Shown here piece after piece: positions 26,741 through 35,623 of a DNA stretch of 64,000 nt (its first letter is position 1; every line of letters starts with the position of its first letter). Source of the stretch: a virus; IMG/VR virus record IMGVR_UViG_3300017978_000154, positions 7,367 to 71,366 of that record, one strand, 5' to 3'. The notes beneath the pieces are model-generated. The model had not been told where the DNA came from and ran no database searches. It saw only the letters and a list, made by a program, of their open reading frames with translations. The translations under genes and the position numbers were made by a program.

Positions 26741-27976
26741 TTAGCTCAATGAGAATGTGCCAGCGACACCTTTGTGTGGACCAGAAGAACCCTTCATGGT
26801 GAAAGAACCAACGTTTGTTACTTTACCAGTCTTCTTATGGACACCTTTGATCACAGTAGAGATACCGCCATTGTGTACAACGTGTAGCTTATCAAAGTTG
26901 GCTAAGTGATCATCCGCAATACTGTGTGATGGAACAACGTGCGATTCAGCATCACCACTATCTTTTACTTTGGAGTGAGCAACGATATGCGGGATATGAG
27001 TTGGTGCGGATACGTGTTGACGAACAATATCACGTAACTCATCATCAGACTTCTTAGCCATACTTTCAGAGAAGTGTTTAGCCATGGCACGTTTAGCGTG
27101 CAGCGCTGATACCTCGGCAGTCGCTGCTCTTGTCTGAGCTTTCTGTTCAAACGCTGCTTGTTCAGTAGGCTTTAATGCGTCATGCGCAGAAATGTATTTT
27201 GCAAGATGTTCGTGTGTGACTTTATTCTTTGAACTTAGGGTCTTACCCTTTGCCAACAAACCTTCAAACTTAGAGTGTTCAGCACGAGCCTTATCAATAC
27301 CCATCTTATCAATTTTGTATTGAATGTGACGTTGAGTCGCTGGACCATTGTAACCAAGTTCTTCCATATGCGCATGGTGGTTGTCGGATAGCTTCTTTAA
27401 AGAACCCTTTTGAAGACCAGCAGTCTTCTCCATAGAATCTAGACCAGGATTGCGATAGTTTGGTTTATGTGAACCATACTTGGCAGATACACCAACGTGA
27501 CCAACAGTCTTACCGTCTTTATCGTGGACACGAACAATAACGTCAGCGTTGGAGTTTACGTCTTTAACACCAGTAGTCTTTTCGTGGTCTCCTGGCTTTC
27601 CTGGCTTATCAGCGTTTGATGTCCAGAATACTCGCCCGATGTGTTGACCTTCACCAACGTGTCCAGCTGACTTCAGGTGAGCGTGAATAGATTTAGCAGT
27701 TTGTTTTGCGTGTTCGTCGATCTGAGAGTATGCAGCGTCACCCATCTTTTTCTTAAGACGATCGTGAACTTGAGTTGGAGTACCAGCGTGGTCTTCGTTT
27801 TCAGACTCTGAGCGGTGATGTTCTGGAAGAGTTGAATCAGGGTGAAGATACTTCGCTAGAAGTAGTTCGTGCATTTTACCCTTGTCGTCGTTTTCAACAT
27901 CTTTAGTATGATTAGCTTCTAGGAGCAACTCTTCTTGAAGAAGCGATTCCTTTAAGAAACTTTTAAAATTTAACAT
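26741..27976 (-). CDS. His/Lys-rich 411-aa protein with a CTS-like N-terminus (MLNFKSFLKESLLQEELLLEA), paralogous in its N-terminus to the 592-aa protein
   Basis: Shared M-[LI]-N-F-x-x-F-L N-termini. Numerous His residues. Confidence 0.45.
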   Translation of the reverse strand: MLNFKSFLKESLLQEELLLEANHTKDVENDDKGKMHELLLAKYLHPDSTLPEHHRSESENEDHAGTPTQVHDRLKKKMGDAAYSQIDEHAKQTAKSIHAHLKSAGHVGEGQHIGRVFWTSNADKPGKPGDHEKTTGVKDVNSNADVIVRVHDKDGKTVGHVGVSAKYGSHKPNYRNPGLDSMEKTAGLQKGSLKKLSDNHHAHMEELGYNGPATQRHIQYKIDKMGIDKARAEHSKFEGLLAKGKTLSSKNKVTHEHLAKYISAHDALKPTEQAAFEQKAQTRAATAEVSALHAKRAMAKHFSESMAKKSDDELRDIVRQHVSAPTHIPHIVAHSKVKDSGDAESHVVPSHSIADDHLANFDKLHVVHNGGISTVIKGVHKKTGKVTNVGSFTMKGSSGPHKGVAGTFSLS

Positions 27977-28012
27977 TAGAATTCCTTTTGATCCATCAAT
28001 ATATCTTTATAT

Positions 28013-29338
28013 TTAGGCTGCGACCAAACCAACTAGTTCGGTCATCATCTTACCCTTTTCAATATAGTGGCGAACATAGTTGTTCTTTGTTTCACCCTTT
28101 AGTCTAACGGTGAATAAGATAGAACCTGTTTTCACGTCTTGAAATCTCACTTCTGGTTTACTTTTATTAGAAACAAAAACTGCTTTTAGTTCTCGGTTCT
28201 TTAGCCTTAGAGCTTGAGCTAAGTTACCAAACTTATAAATCATAGCCTCTTTGTTGCTTAATGATACCATATCCACTGTTGGATCATTTCTGGTTCCAAA
28301 ATACATCAGACCATCAGCAAGGCTCTTGTAAACTGCCTCTTGGTTAGAAGTCATCTTGCGGTTGAACTCAGCAACCATACCTTTGTACACCTCAGTATTT
28401 GCTGCAATTAATCCGTCTGATTTCAGAACCGTGTAATATTTCTTTTCTAGAGCTGGCGAGACTTTTAAATCTAAGAGAGTTTCCCAAAGGTCTTTTTGTT
28501 TATCTAAACCACCACCACCAACTTGGCCAAATTGTTTTGCGCCAGCTGCTTTTAGCGAAACGTTGATATTAACTTTCTTATTATCAATTTCAACGTAAAC
28601 GTCAACCTTGGTGTCATTCTGTGCAACTACACCAATTGCTTTTACTTCTATCCTGTTATATAAGCTGTTTTCATAAACAACTTTTGCGTTTGCAGCAACA
28701 GTAGTTGAGTTGGCGTACTTAACGCTGGAGTTAATAATACTTTTCAAGTTCTTAATATGACGAGGGTTCTTCAACGCTTTAATGTTAATAAGCGCAGAGT
28801 TTACTTCCCAGTACAAATCATCAACAACCTTTGGTTCTTTGTTTGGCGATTTTAATGGACCAATAACCTGTCTTGTGTCAGTATCGTTAAGACGTTTGAT
28901 CATATCCAATACGTCACTATCAATAACAGCTTGGTTCTTATTTAAGAATCGGCAAGCAATAGCTGCGCTAAAGATAATCTCAGCCATATCACCACGGTTG
29001 CTCTTACCACCGAAGTCTTCTGTCTTCATGATATCACTCAGAGGTACTAGAGCAGAAACTTGCCCGTTTCGTTCATACGTTAAGTTGATTTGCTTAAATG
29101 AAACTGAACCTGCTCGAATAACGTTGGCGATGTCAGCAGAGTCTGCCAAGTCAAGTGCGTTCTTAGAAACCAGTTTACCAGTACGTGGGTCTGGATAAGA
29201 GATTCGATTGAATGGTTGTTGTTTACCGTCCGCAGTGGTAAACGGAGATTTTACACCTTCAATCAGTTTTTCAAGCAGGGCAATGATACGTGTTTCGCCG
29301 TGCTTACCTTTAAAATCTTTTACAGCCAGTTTAGCCAT
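28013..29338 (-). CDS. Hypothetical 441-aa protein
   Basis: ORF track. No recognisable motif except a Gly-rich GQVGGGG segment. Confidence 0.4.
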   Translation of the reverse strand: MAKLAVKDFKGKHGETRIIALLEKLIEGVKSPFTTADGKQQPFNRISYPDPRTGKLVSKNALDLADSADIANVIRAGSVSFKQINLTYERNGQVSALVPLSDIMKTEDFGGKSNRGDMAEIIFSAAIACRFLNKNQAVIDSDVLDMIKRLNDTDTRQVIGPLKSPNKEPKVVDDLYWEVNSALINIKALKNPRHIKNLKSIINSSVKYANSTTVAANAKVVYENSLYNRIEVKAIGVVAQNDTKVDVYVEIDNKKVNINVSLKAAGAKQFGQVGGGGLDKQKDLWETLLDLKVSPALEKKYYTVLKSDGLIAANTEVYKGMVAEFNRKMTSNQEAVYKSLADGLMYFGTRNDPTVDMVSLSNKEAMIYKFGNLAQALRLKNRELKAVFVSNKSKPEVRFQDVKTGSILFTVRLKGETKNNYVRHYIEKGKMMTELVGLVAA

Positions 29339-29340
29339 TA

Positions 29341-30048
29341 CTATCCCTTATTGACATACTGACTATTTAGTTTATATTTCCTATCCCACTTAACAATATG
29401 CTGCATTAGTTTTGGTATGGCATAATTGTTTTTAAAATCGTAATCAAAGGTCTTAAGGATATAATGTAGCGTTGAAGAGTCTCGTTTGTTATTGACTCTG
29501 GCCAATAAAGTTTCTAATGAAACGTTTGGTCTGTTCATTTTAAAGTCTAGATAGACACAATGAGCGTATGCTTGTATCTCATCAAACTCAGATAGGTATG
29601 AACGTTCAGCGTCTTTTAGAGAGTGTCCAACCTTCTTGTGCGGTAGGACATAATTACTGTACTCGTCATTGCGACGATCGTACTGCATGAAGTGGATCAT
29701 CTCATGCATTAAGGTTTGTATGACACGGTACTTGAATTTGTTCCAAGTCTTGACTTCAAATTTATGTTTATCGAAGTCAAAAGAATATATCTGGATACAA
29801 CATTGACGGTCATCTGGAGAATACTCGCCACCGACAGCAACGTATTTTGACCACGATTTCTTCAGAGGTTGTCTGAACTCTACTTTAGTTCTCCACTTCT
29901 TAAAGTAGTTGGAGAGACCGACGGAGTTATTTTCATACTCGTCTAGGTCTCTCCATATTTTTGATGGGTTGAGTTTAGCTCGGAATGGACGCTCAGTGAA
30001 GTTGAGCATTTCCATCCAGTCAAAGTTAGATTGTTCTAGGAAATTCAT
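29341..30048 (-). CDS. Putative zinc metallopeptidase-like protein (HExxH)
   Basis: TLMHEMIHFMQY contains HEMIH. N-terminus MNFLEQ resembles the neighbouring CTS-like N-termini. Confidence 0.35.
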   Translation of the reverse strand: MNFLEQSNFDWMEMLNFTERPFRAKLNPSKIWRDLDEYENNSVGLSNYFKKWRTKVEFRQPLKKSWSKYVAVGGEYSPDDRQCCIQIYSFDFDKHKFEVKTWNKFKYRVIQTLMHEMIHFMQYDRRNDEYSNYVLPHKKVGHSLKDAERSYLSEFDEIQAYAHCVYLDFKMNRPNVSLETLLARVNNKRDSSTLHYILKTFDYDFKNNYAIPKLMQHIVKWDRKYKLNSQYVNKG

Positions 30049-30072
30049 TTGACCTCCTAGAAAGCCTAAACC

Positions 30073-30678
30073 TTACCCTAATTGTCCTTCTAGGAAGGCT
30101 AAGACTTTCGCTTGTTCCTCTAAGTTAGTATTTGCAAACTCAGTAATATAAGGCATCAAGTCAAAATTTGATAACAGGTTACTATATTTAGTTTCGCGAC
30201 CTCTTAGGAATTGCTCGGACTGATCAGAACCACGATCTTTATATCGCTGTTCGAGAACTGTCTTAGGTGCGTTCAGGAATACGATATGAAGCTCGGTATC
30301 TGGGAGACCCATGGCGAACTCTAGGAAAGACTGATTGAAGATACGGTCACCTTCAAATAGAACGTTACAGTTATGGGAAGCGATCCACTCCTGCATGGCT
30401 GGCTGAACTGCCATAGAAAGACGGTCGGTTCCAGCGAACACTTCGCCTTCTTCATACTTACCAAGGATGTATAGATCACGCTCAGTATTATACATGGCTG
30501 AAACTAGCTTGGCTGGTTCAACTGGTTGGAATACTTTACTTTCCATATACTTACGGAACAACGTGGTCTTGCCAGTTCCTGGGCTACCACCAACAGCAAT
30601 AAGTTTTCTCACTTTTTTCTCCGCTCTAATAAGTTGAATGGTGACTTCATCATTCGCTTTAATTTTATCAATGAACAT
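30073..30678 (-). CDS. P-loop kinase (candidate nucleic-acid/nucleotide kinase; candidate 5-hydroxymethylpyrimidine DNA kinase by context)
   Basis: Walker A AVGGSPGTGKTT. About 200 aa. Sits in an operon with the modification-type genes. Confidence 0.55.
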   Translation of the reverse strand: MFIDKIKANDEVTIQLIRAEKKVRKLIAVGGSPGTGKTTLFRKYMESKVFQPVEPAKLVSAMYNTERDLYILGKYEEGEVFAGTDRLSMAVQPAMQEWIASHNCNVLFEGDRIFNQSFLEFAMGLPDTELHIVFLNAPKTVLEQRYKDRGSDQSEQFLRGRETKYSNLLSNFDLMPYITEFANTNLEEQAKVLAFLEGQLG

Positions 30679-31105
30679 TATTCAGTAACTCTTTCAATTC
30701 TTCATCAGTGAATACCCAAACACGACCGATGAAGTGATGAACGTCAGCATCCTTATCGTGTTTCTTTTTGAACATAACCTTCTTGGCAATATCACGTGCT
30801 AAGTTCTTGGCGATGTTCTCTTTAATCTCAGAGGCATAATCAGGGGCAACCTCTTGTAGCTTCAATAGCTCTTGAGCAGTTACTTTATGATCAACAGCGA
30901 TACGGTTGAGGCTATGCTCATCCATAATCTCATCCACTGTGCGTGTAATCTTTGGGAGAGGTGTAGCAGCAGTCATAGCATTATGAGCCGACCAACTACT
31001 AATACCAATTGGTGCAAGACCGCTATTTGTTACAACAGAATAATTGCCGTCGCTTAATGTAAGACTTCCTTGCATCACATCATTTAATACGTCATCTGGG
31101 TTCAT
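30668..31105 (-). CDS. Hypothetical protein
   Basis: ORF track. Overlap-coupled to both neighbours. Confidence 0.35.
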   Translation of the reverse strand: MNPDDVLNDVMQGSLTLSDGNYSVVTNSGLAPIGISSWSAHNAMTAATPLPKITRTVDEIMDEHSLNRIAVDHKVTAQELLKLQEVAPDYASEIKENIAKNLARDIAKKVMFKKKHDKDADVHHFIGRVWVFTDEELKELLNNVH

Positions 31106-32121
31106 GTAAACATCTCCAATCCCATTAAGGGTTTTTCTTCATCTTCAAACATCCATTCTAAGTTATCTATTTTACCTGAGTTCAGGAAGAAAGTAAACTT
31201 TTCTTTATTGATGCCATTCTTGTGGTCTAGTCGCAAGTCGATTGTTTCATTTCGAGATTGCCACATAACATTCCAATCAATACCATACCATCCATCACCT
31301 TCAGCTTTGATAATCTCTTCAGCTTGACGGTCAAGGTAATATCCAAGATAGCGACCGTGCTTTGCTCTAAAGATTTTCTTGAAAGAACACAGACAGGTTT
31401 CCATAGTAAAGAAGTCAATTTGATTTGCTAGTTCAGGAAACCTGTCTAGCATTTCAACCCTGATTCCCTCGCCAAATGCTTCAAGGTCTCCATACTCGCT
31501 TCCAGTGAGTTTTCGATCAACATCGTTATCACGCCCAGCGGCAAAAAGTAATCCATTACGATGAGAACGGGAACCATCATAATCATCCAACATAAGAGAA
31601 CTAGGCTCAATGTTAATACCAGCAGTGTGCTTAAGATGCTGCATATAGAACCAAGTAGAATAACGACCAAACTTATGAAGCCTTGACTTAAGAACGCTCC
31701 ACAGAGCATCAAAGTTTTCTTTAGCATCACCGACGTAGTACGATTCGAGTGTTTCACGTTGAGTCTTCTTTCCAATAAAATTTTGATACGATTCAAACAT
31801 TGCTGGAAGATGACCCTTGTTCCATTTCGTATCAGTCTGGTAACGGAGTCGTTTGTAGTTGGTTGTATTCCATTGAGTGATACGATCTACCGTGGCAAGT
31901 TCGTAGTCAGGGAATTCGTTCTTAAGAACCCAAGCAGTTGGCAGTTGATATGTGTTACCATACAACCAAGCGAACCAAATACGTTCTTCGTCATTATGTT
32001 CATAACGTTTATGAAGATAGTTTGTAGCCCAAACCGCTGGGTCACAGTCATCATATTTCATTGACCATGCGTACCAGCGGATGAAGGCTTCTCTTCTGTT
32101 TTCTTTATTTCGATAATCCAT
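31102..32121 (-). CDS. Uncharacterised W/Y-rich 339-aa protein; candidate base-modifying transferase (aGPT-Pplase-like) by context only
   Basis: No catalytic motif recognised by eye. Placed between the P-loop kinase and the ParB-like gene in the same operon. Confidence 0.3.
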   Translation of the reverse strand: MDYRNKENRREAFIRWYAWSMKYDDCDPAVWATNYLHKRYEHNDEERIWFAWLYGNTYQLPTAWVLKNEFPDYELATVDRITQWNTTNYKRLRYQTDTKWNKGHLPAMFESYQNFIGKKTQRETLESYYVGDAKENFDALWSVLKSRLHKFGRYSTWFYMQHLKHTAGINIEPSSLMLDDYDGSRSHRNGLLFAAGRDNDVDRKLTGSEYGDLEAFGEGIRVEMLDRFPELANQIDFFTMETCLCSFKKIFRAKHGRYLGYYLDRQAEEIIKAEGDGWYGIDWNVMWQSRNETIDLRLDHKNGINKEKFTFFLNSGKIDNLEWMFEDEEKPLMGLEMFT

Positions 32122-33460
32122 CTCGTGTCACAATGTTGTGATTAAATGGGTGCGCAAAGAAGATGTTAATCTTACTTTTAACACCGTGTGTTAAAATATT
32201 ATCCAGCTTTTTAAGGACACTGTCAGCTTCTGTCAAATAACCAACGATACTCTTAAAGTGAATAATTATATTCGCTTCGTTCTTACCACCTTTAACGAAG
32301 TTCTCAACCGCATAAGCAATAGCACCACCAATACCACCGTTATTCACCCCATCAAGAGATTGGTAAATAACAGGCAGACCATTATTATGTGTAGATTGTT
32401 GCCAGTAACGAGCAAGAGTAGCAGTGCTGTAATCAATGAAGTTTTGTTCATTCTTTGAACGAGCAAGGGCTTCAGCGGTTGCTTCAGCTAACTGGTCGCA
32501 TTTACGAATGACGTCAGAGTTAAGCCACATACCACCCTTCTTAGTACCTTTACCACCAAGATCTTCTTTGGCGATTGCTTTGAAACCAACGCTGTCGAAA
32601 CTGTGTGATGGGTAACGTGCTTGAAGTTCGCGAAGACGCATCACCAAGTCATCAAGTGTATTACCAGTGCGTTCAGCTTCGACATGGTTCATCAAGTTGC
32701 CAAAGATATTGAAGTTATACGCATCATTATCAAAGTGAGAGTAATCAACTTTGATAACAGGGAATGTATCCCAACCAGCAACAGAAGCAGCATTGACACG
32801 ATGGTTACCATCAAGCAACATAATGATACGACCGTTGGCGTCAACTAAAACAATAACTGGGGTGATATGCTTTCTAGCAAATCCTGGCGTTTTAAACGCA
32901 GTAATCAGAGAAGAAAGTTTGTCTTGTTTTAACTTGAATGCACGTGCTTGGTTGTGGTTGGTTATGTATAGCGTATGTACAGATTCTTCTGTTACAGGGA
33001 ATTCTTCAGTACCACCTTCTTTCCATTTTTCAATGGCTTCAGTAACCTTTCCCCACAGTTCAATCAGTTCAGGTGTTTTGGTTTTCTTCTCGAGGATAAG
33101 GTCGCTTGGGTCAAACCACTCACCAGTTTCAACCCACTTTGTAACATTGTCAACATGTTCTTTTACTGGACGGAATGATCGAACGACGCCTGGTCCGCCA
33201 CCATTAGTTTTATTATAGAACTGTTTAGAATTCTTTGCGTCAAACAAACTCAAAAAGAAATACTCTTGGTTGTACATTTCTTCTTTTGTGCCGTGCGCAA
33301 GAATAACACGCTCAATTAGGTCTTGGTGGATGGCTTCTTTGAGGAACCGATTAGTCGAGGATGTAATGTAGTTATCAACGGTCACATCTCCGTTGTGCAC
33401 ACCAATATACTTTTCTTTGGTGTTTACATTAGTCAAGCCGTACAAAATCCAAGTAGACAT
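32105..33460 (-). CDS. ParB/Srx-like domain protein with a GIY-YIG-like N-terminal motif
   Basis: VLVDANGRIIMLLDGNHRVNAA is the ParB N-terminal-domain DGxHR signature. ILYGLTNVNTKEKYIG is a GIY-(n)-YIG-like N-terminus. Confidence 0.45.
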   Translation of the reverse strand: MSTWILYGLTNVNTKEKYIGVHNGDVTVDNYITSSTNRFLKEAIHQDLIERVILAHGTKEEMYNQEYFFLSLFDAKNSKQFYNKTNGGGPGVVRSFRPVKEHVDNVTKWVETGEWFDPSDLILEKKTKTPELIELWGKVTEAIEKWKEGGTEEFPVTEESVHTLYITNHNQARAFKLKQDKLSSLITAFKTPGFARKHITPVIVLVDANGRIIMLLDGNHRVNAASVAGWDTFPVIKVDYSHFDNDAYNFNIFGNLMNHVEAERTGNTLDDLVMRLRELQARYPSHSFDSVGFKAIAKEDLGGKGTKKGGMWLNSDVIRKCDQLAEATAEALARSKNEQNFIDYSTATLARYWQQSTHNNGLPVIYQSLDGVNNGGIGGAIAYAVENFVKGGKNEANIIIHFKSIVGYLTEADSVLKKLDNILTHGVKSKINIFFAHPFNHNIVTRDGLSK

Positions 33461-33487
33461 AATAAATCCTTTTCAAGTTATAGATAT

Positions 33488-33516
33488 ATTATACTATATT
33501 CTTGAATAAAAGTAAA
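33488..33516 (-). promoter_or_regulatory. Sigma70-type promoter TTTACT-N17-TATAAT (minus strand)
   Basis: Reverse complement of attata at 33488-33493 and of agtaaa at 33511-33516. Confidence 0.5.
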
Positions 33517-33521
33517 TACCC

Positions 33522-34073
33522 TCAAAACCCTTCTAGAGTCAGGGGTTTCTGGGCTTCAGCGAGGTCAAACACCTCTACGCAGCCACCTTTACCCTTTTTA
33601 TGGATGGCTCCGTTGATCATCTGGTCTGTATAGTCGTAGTCTCCCTCAAAGAAGGTATCACCATCAATTCTAAAAATACTCAGCTGACAACCAGACTTTT
33701 GTTTACCCCAGAACTTGAAACCAATCTTCTCATAGAAGCCAACTGATTCTGGTTCTGACGATACACGGAAGTACAACGCTTGTTTACTTTTAACATGACG
33801 AAGTGATGCTTCACATAATGCTTTGGCTGCTCCCTGACCCCTGTGTTTAGCAAAGGTATGAAGCAGTTGTAGATTAGCAACGAAAGGTTTACGCTTAGAG
33901 ATAGTGGTAATGATAGCAGCCATCAGTTCACCTTCTTCGTTGAAGGCACCGATACAATCATCCCACTGTTCCTGCATGTCTGCTTTGGCCACGAAAGTCT
34001 TAGCAAACTTGTCAGCCTTATCATCAGAGATAGCTTTTATGAATTGGTCACGAGTACACTTATTCAACTTCAA
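33522..34073 (-). CDS. GNAT family N-acetyltransferase
   Basis: HRGQGAAKAL matches the (R/Q)xxGxG/A acetyl-CoA binding motif in a typical about 180-aa fold. Confidence 0.65.
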   Translation of the reverse strand: MKLNKCTRDQFIKAISDDKADKFAKTFVAKADMQEQWDDCIGAFNEEGELMAAIITTISKRKPFVANLQLLHTFAKHRGQGAAKALCEASLRHVKSKQALYFRVSSEPESVGFYEKIGFKFWGKQKSGCQLSIFRIDGDTFFEGDYDYTDQMINGAIHKKGKGGCVEVFDLAEAQKPLTLEGF

Positions 34074-34932
34074 CGTATGTTCTCACTTTCTTACCACGTT
34101 CTTCTGGGTGTTTAGTCTTTTCCCAACCGATGAACTGAGCCAAGTCCCATTGCATTGGTGGGAACTTATAACCACGTTCAGAGATAAGCTCATTGACACT
34201 TGGACCATCATTCAATGCAGCATCAAGGAAGTCTTCAACAAAACGGAAGCATGATTCTAGTTCAGTACGATCTAACGTGCCACGGAACAATCGAAACTCT
34301 ACCGTGTCAATATGCTTCAACGCATACATGTTAATAGCGAAACGGAATGGACGACCCATTGATACACCATCTTTACCTGCGGCGTGCATCTTGATAAAAG
34401 AATCAAAGTCAGTTGCTAGGTTGATAATGTTATCGCTCATGTAGTCAGGCATTGGGCGACCACCATCAAACTTCAGATACATCTTAGAACCTTTGGCACC
34501 CTTCATCTGGTTGTGCTCAAAGAAGCCATATACATGTTCAATGGCTGCAGCTTGGTTCTCTTTGATGTATTTTGTTAGACGCTTCAGTGCATCAATATCA
34601 TCACGAAGACCTGGGACACGGCAATGAATATGGGTATGAGCAGTAACACCAACAGTTGGGTCGTGACCTTGTTCATTGAATAAATCTTTCAGTTCAAAAT
34701 AACGATCAACTTGGTCTTGCCAAGTTCTAGTTGGCTTGGTGTTAATCTCACCACCCATCGGCGGTTCAACACCCAACGGATCGGCGCACACGTTTGCGTA
34801 TGGTGCACGAAGGTTGATAATGTCACGCTCAGAGTATTCCCAAGAACCTAGTTGTTCCGGAATTGAAAAAGAGCGGGGAACATCTCCCCACTCTATCTCC
34901 ATGCCATATGTAAAATCACTTTTGTTGTACAT
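34060..34932 (-). CDS. Glutamine-synthetase-like amidoligase (putative amidoligase family)
   Basis: EIEWGD, HTHIH and FRLFRGTLD conserved-residue pattern of GS/GCS2-type amidoligases. Start placed at MYNKSDF (AAGGA RBS); track start at 34962. Confidence 0.45.
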   Translation of the reverse strand: MYNKSDFTYGMEIEWGDVPRSFSIPEQLGSWEYSERDIINLRAPYANVCADPLGVEPPMGGEINTKPTRTWQDQVDRYFELKDLFNEQGHDPTVGVTAHTHIHCRVPGLRDDIDALKRLTKYIKENQAAAIEHVYGFFEHNQMKGAKGSKMYLKFDGGRPMPDYMSDNIINLATDFDSFIKMHAAGKDGVSMGRPFRFAINMYALKHIDTVEFRLFRGTLDRTELESCFRFVEDFLDAALNDGPSVNELISERGYKFPPMQWDLAQFIGWEKTKHPEERGKKVRTYVEVE

Positions 34933-35623
34933 TCTGTAAATCCTTGTTTCCTGTTTTAACAAGTTGCATTCTCATAGTTAGACCAGAGTCAAACGTAATA
35001 TATGTGTCCATTGGAATTTCCATGTTTGGAAAATACAAATTAGCACGTTTGGCAATATCTGCTGTAGAGGTAATTATACTACCATTCGATAGAGTAGTCA
35101 AATATAATGGACGCTTACCATTGCGATAAACAGTCAACTCTTTAGGAGAAGCCGTGAGAGTACAAACTGCCATGGACATATTGTTGAACTCATCAAGAGG
35201 ATCGTTTGAATGCAGGACTAACTCAGAATCATTCTTTGTTGCGCAGTCATAACCATACAACTCTTTCCAGTGTTCTGGAAGCTCTTGAGTGATAACACCA
35301 TTGTGGACAATTGATTTGTCTGCATTGGCCATAGGTTGGTTATATTCCAAATCAGATGTCGAGTAACGACAGTGACCGATCAGATATAAGTTACCATCCT
35401 TGTTAATGAACTCTTTGAAGTTGTCGTTATGCATATGCTTCTCAACGAACTGATCCGCTGGGATAGCTTCCTTAATTGTAACAATATCATCAGTCCACTT
35501 TGGTAAGAATGACATACCTGTTGCGTGCATACCACGAATCTTAGACTCGACGAACACACGCTTCAGGGCTTCAAAATCCTTCAGAGAAGGATTCTTAATA
35601 ACTGCTCCAATTACGGCACACAT
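34916..35623 (-). CDS. Class-II (Ntn) glutamine amidotransferase domain protein
   Basis: MCAVIG: Cys directly after the initiator Met is the hallmark of GATase type 2 N-terminal nucleophile enzymes (PurF/GlmS/AsnB type). Confidence 0.6.
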   Translation of the reverse strand: MCAVIGAVIKNPSLKDFEALKRVFVESKIRGMHATGMSFLPKWTDDIVTIKEAIPADQFVEKHMHNDNFKEFINKDGNLYLIGHCRYSTSDLEYNQPMANADKSIVHNGVITQELPEHWKELYGYDCATKNDSELVLHSNDPLDEFNNMSMAVCTLTASPKELTVYRNGKRPLYLTTLSNGSIITSTADIAKRANLYFPNMEIPMDTYITFDSGLTMRMQLVKTGNKDLQNVQQK

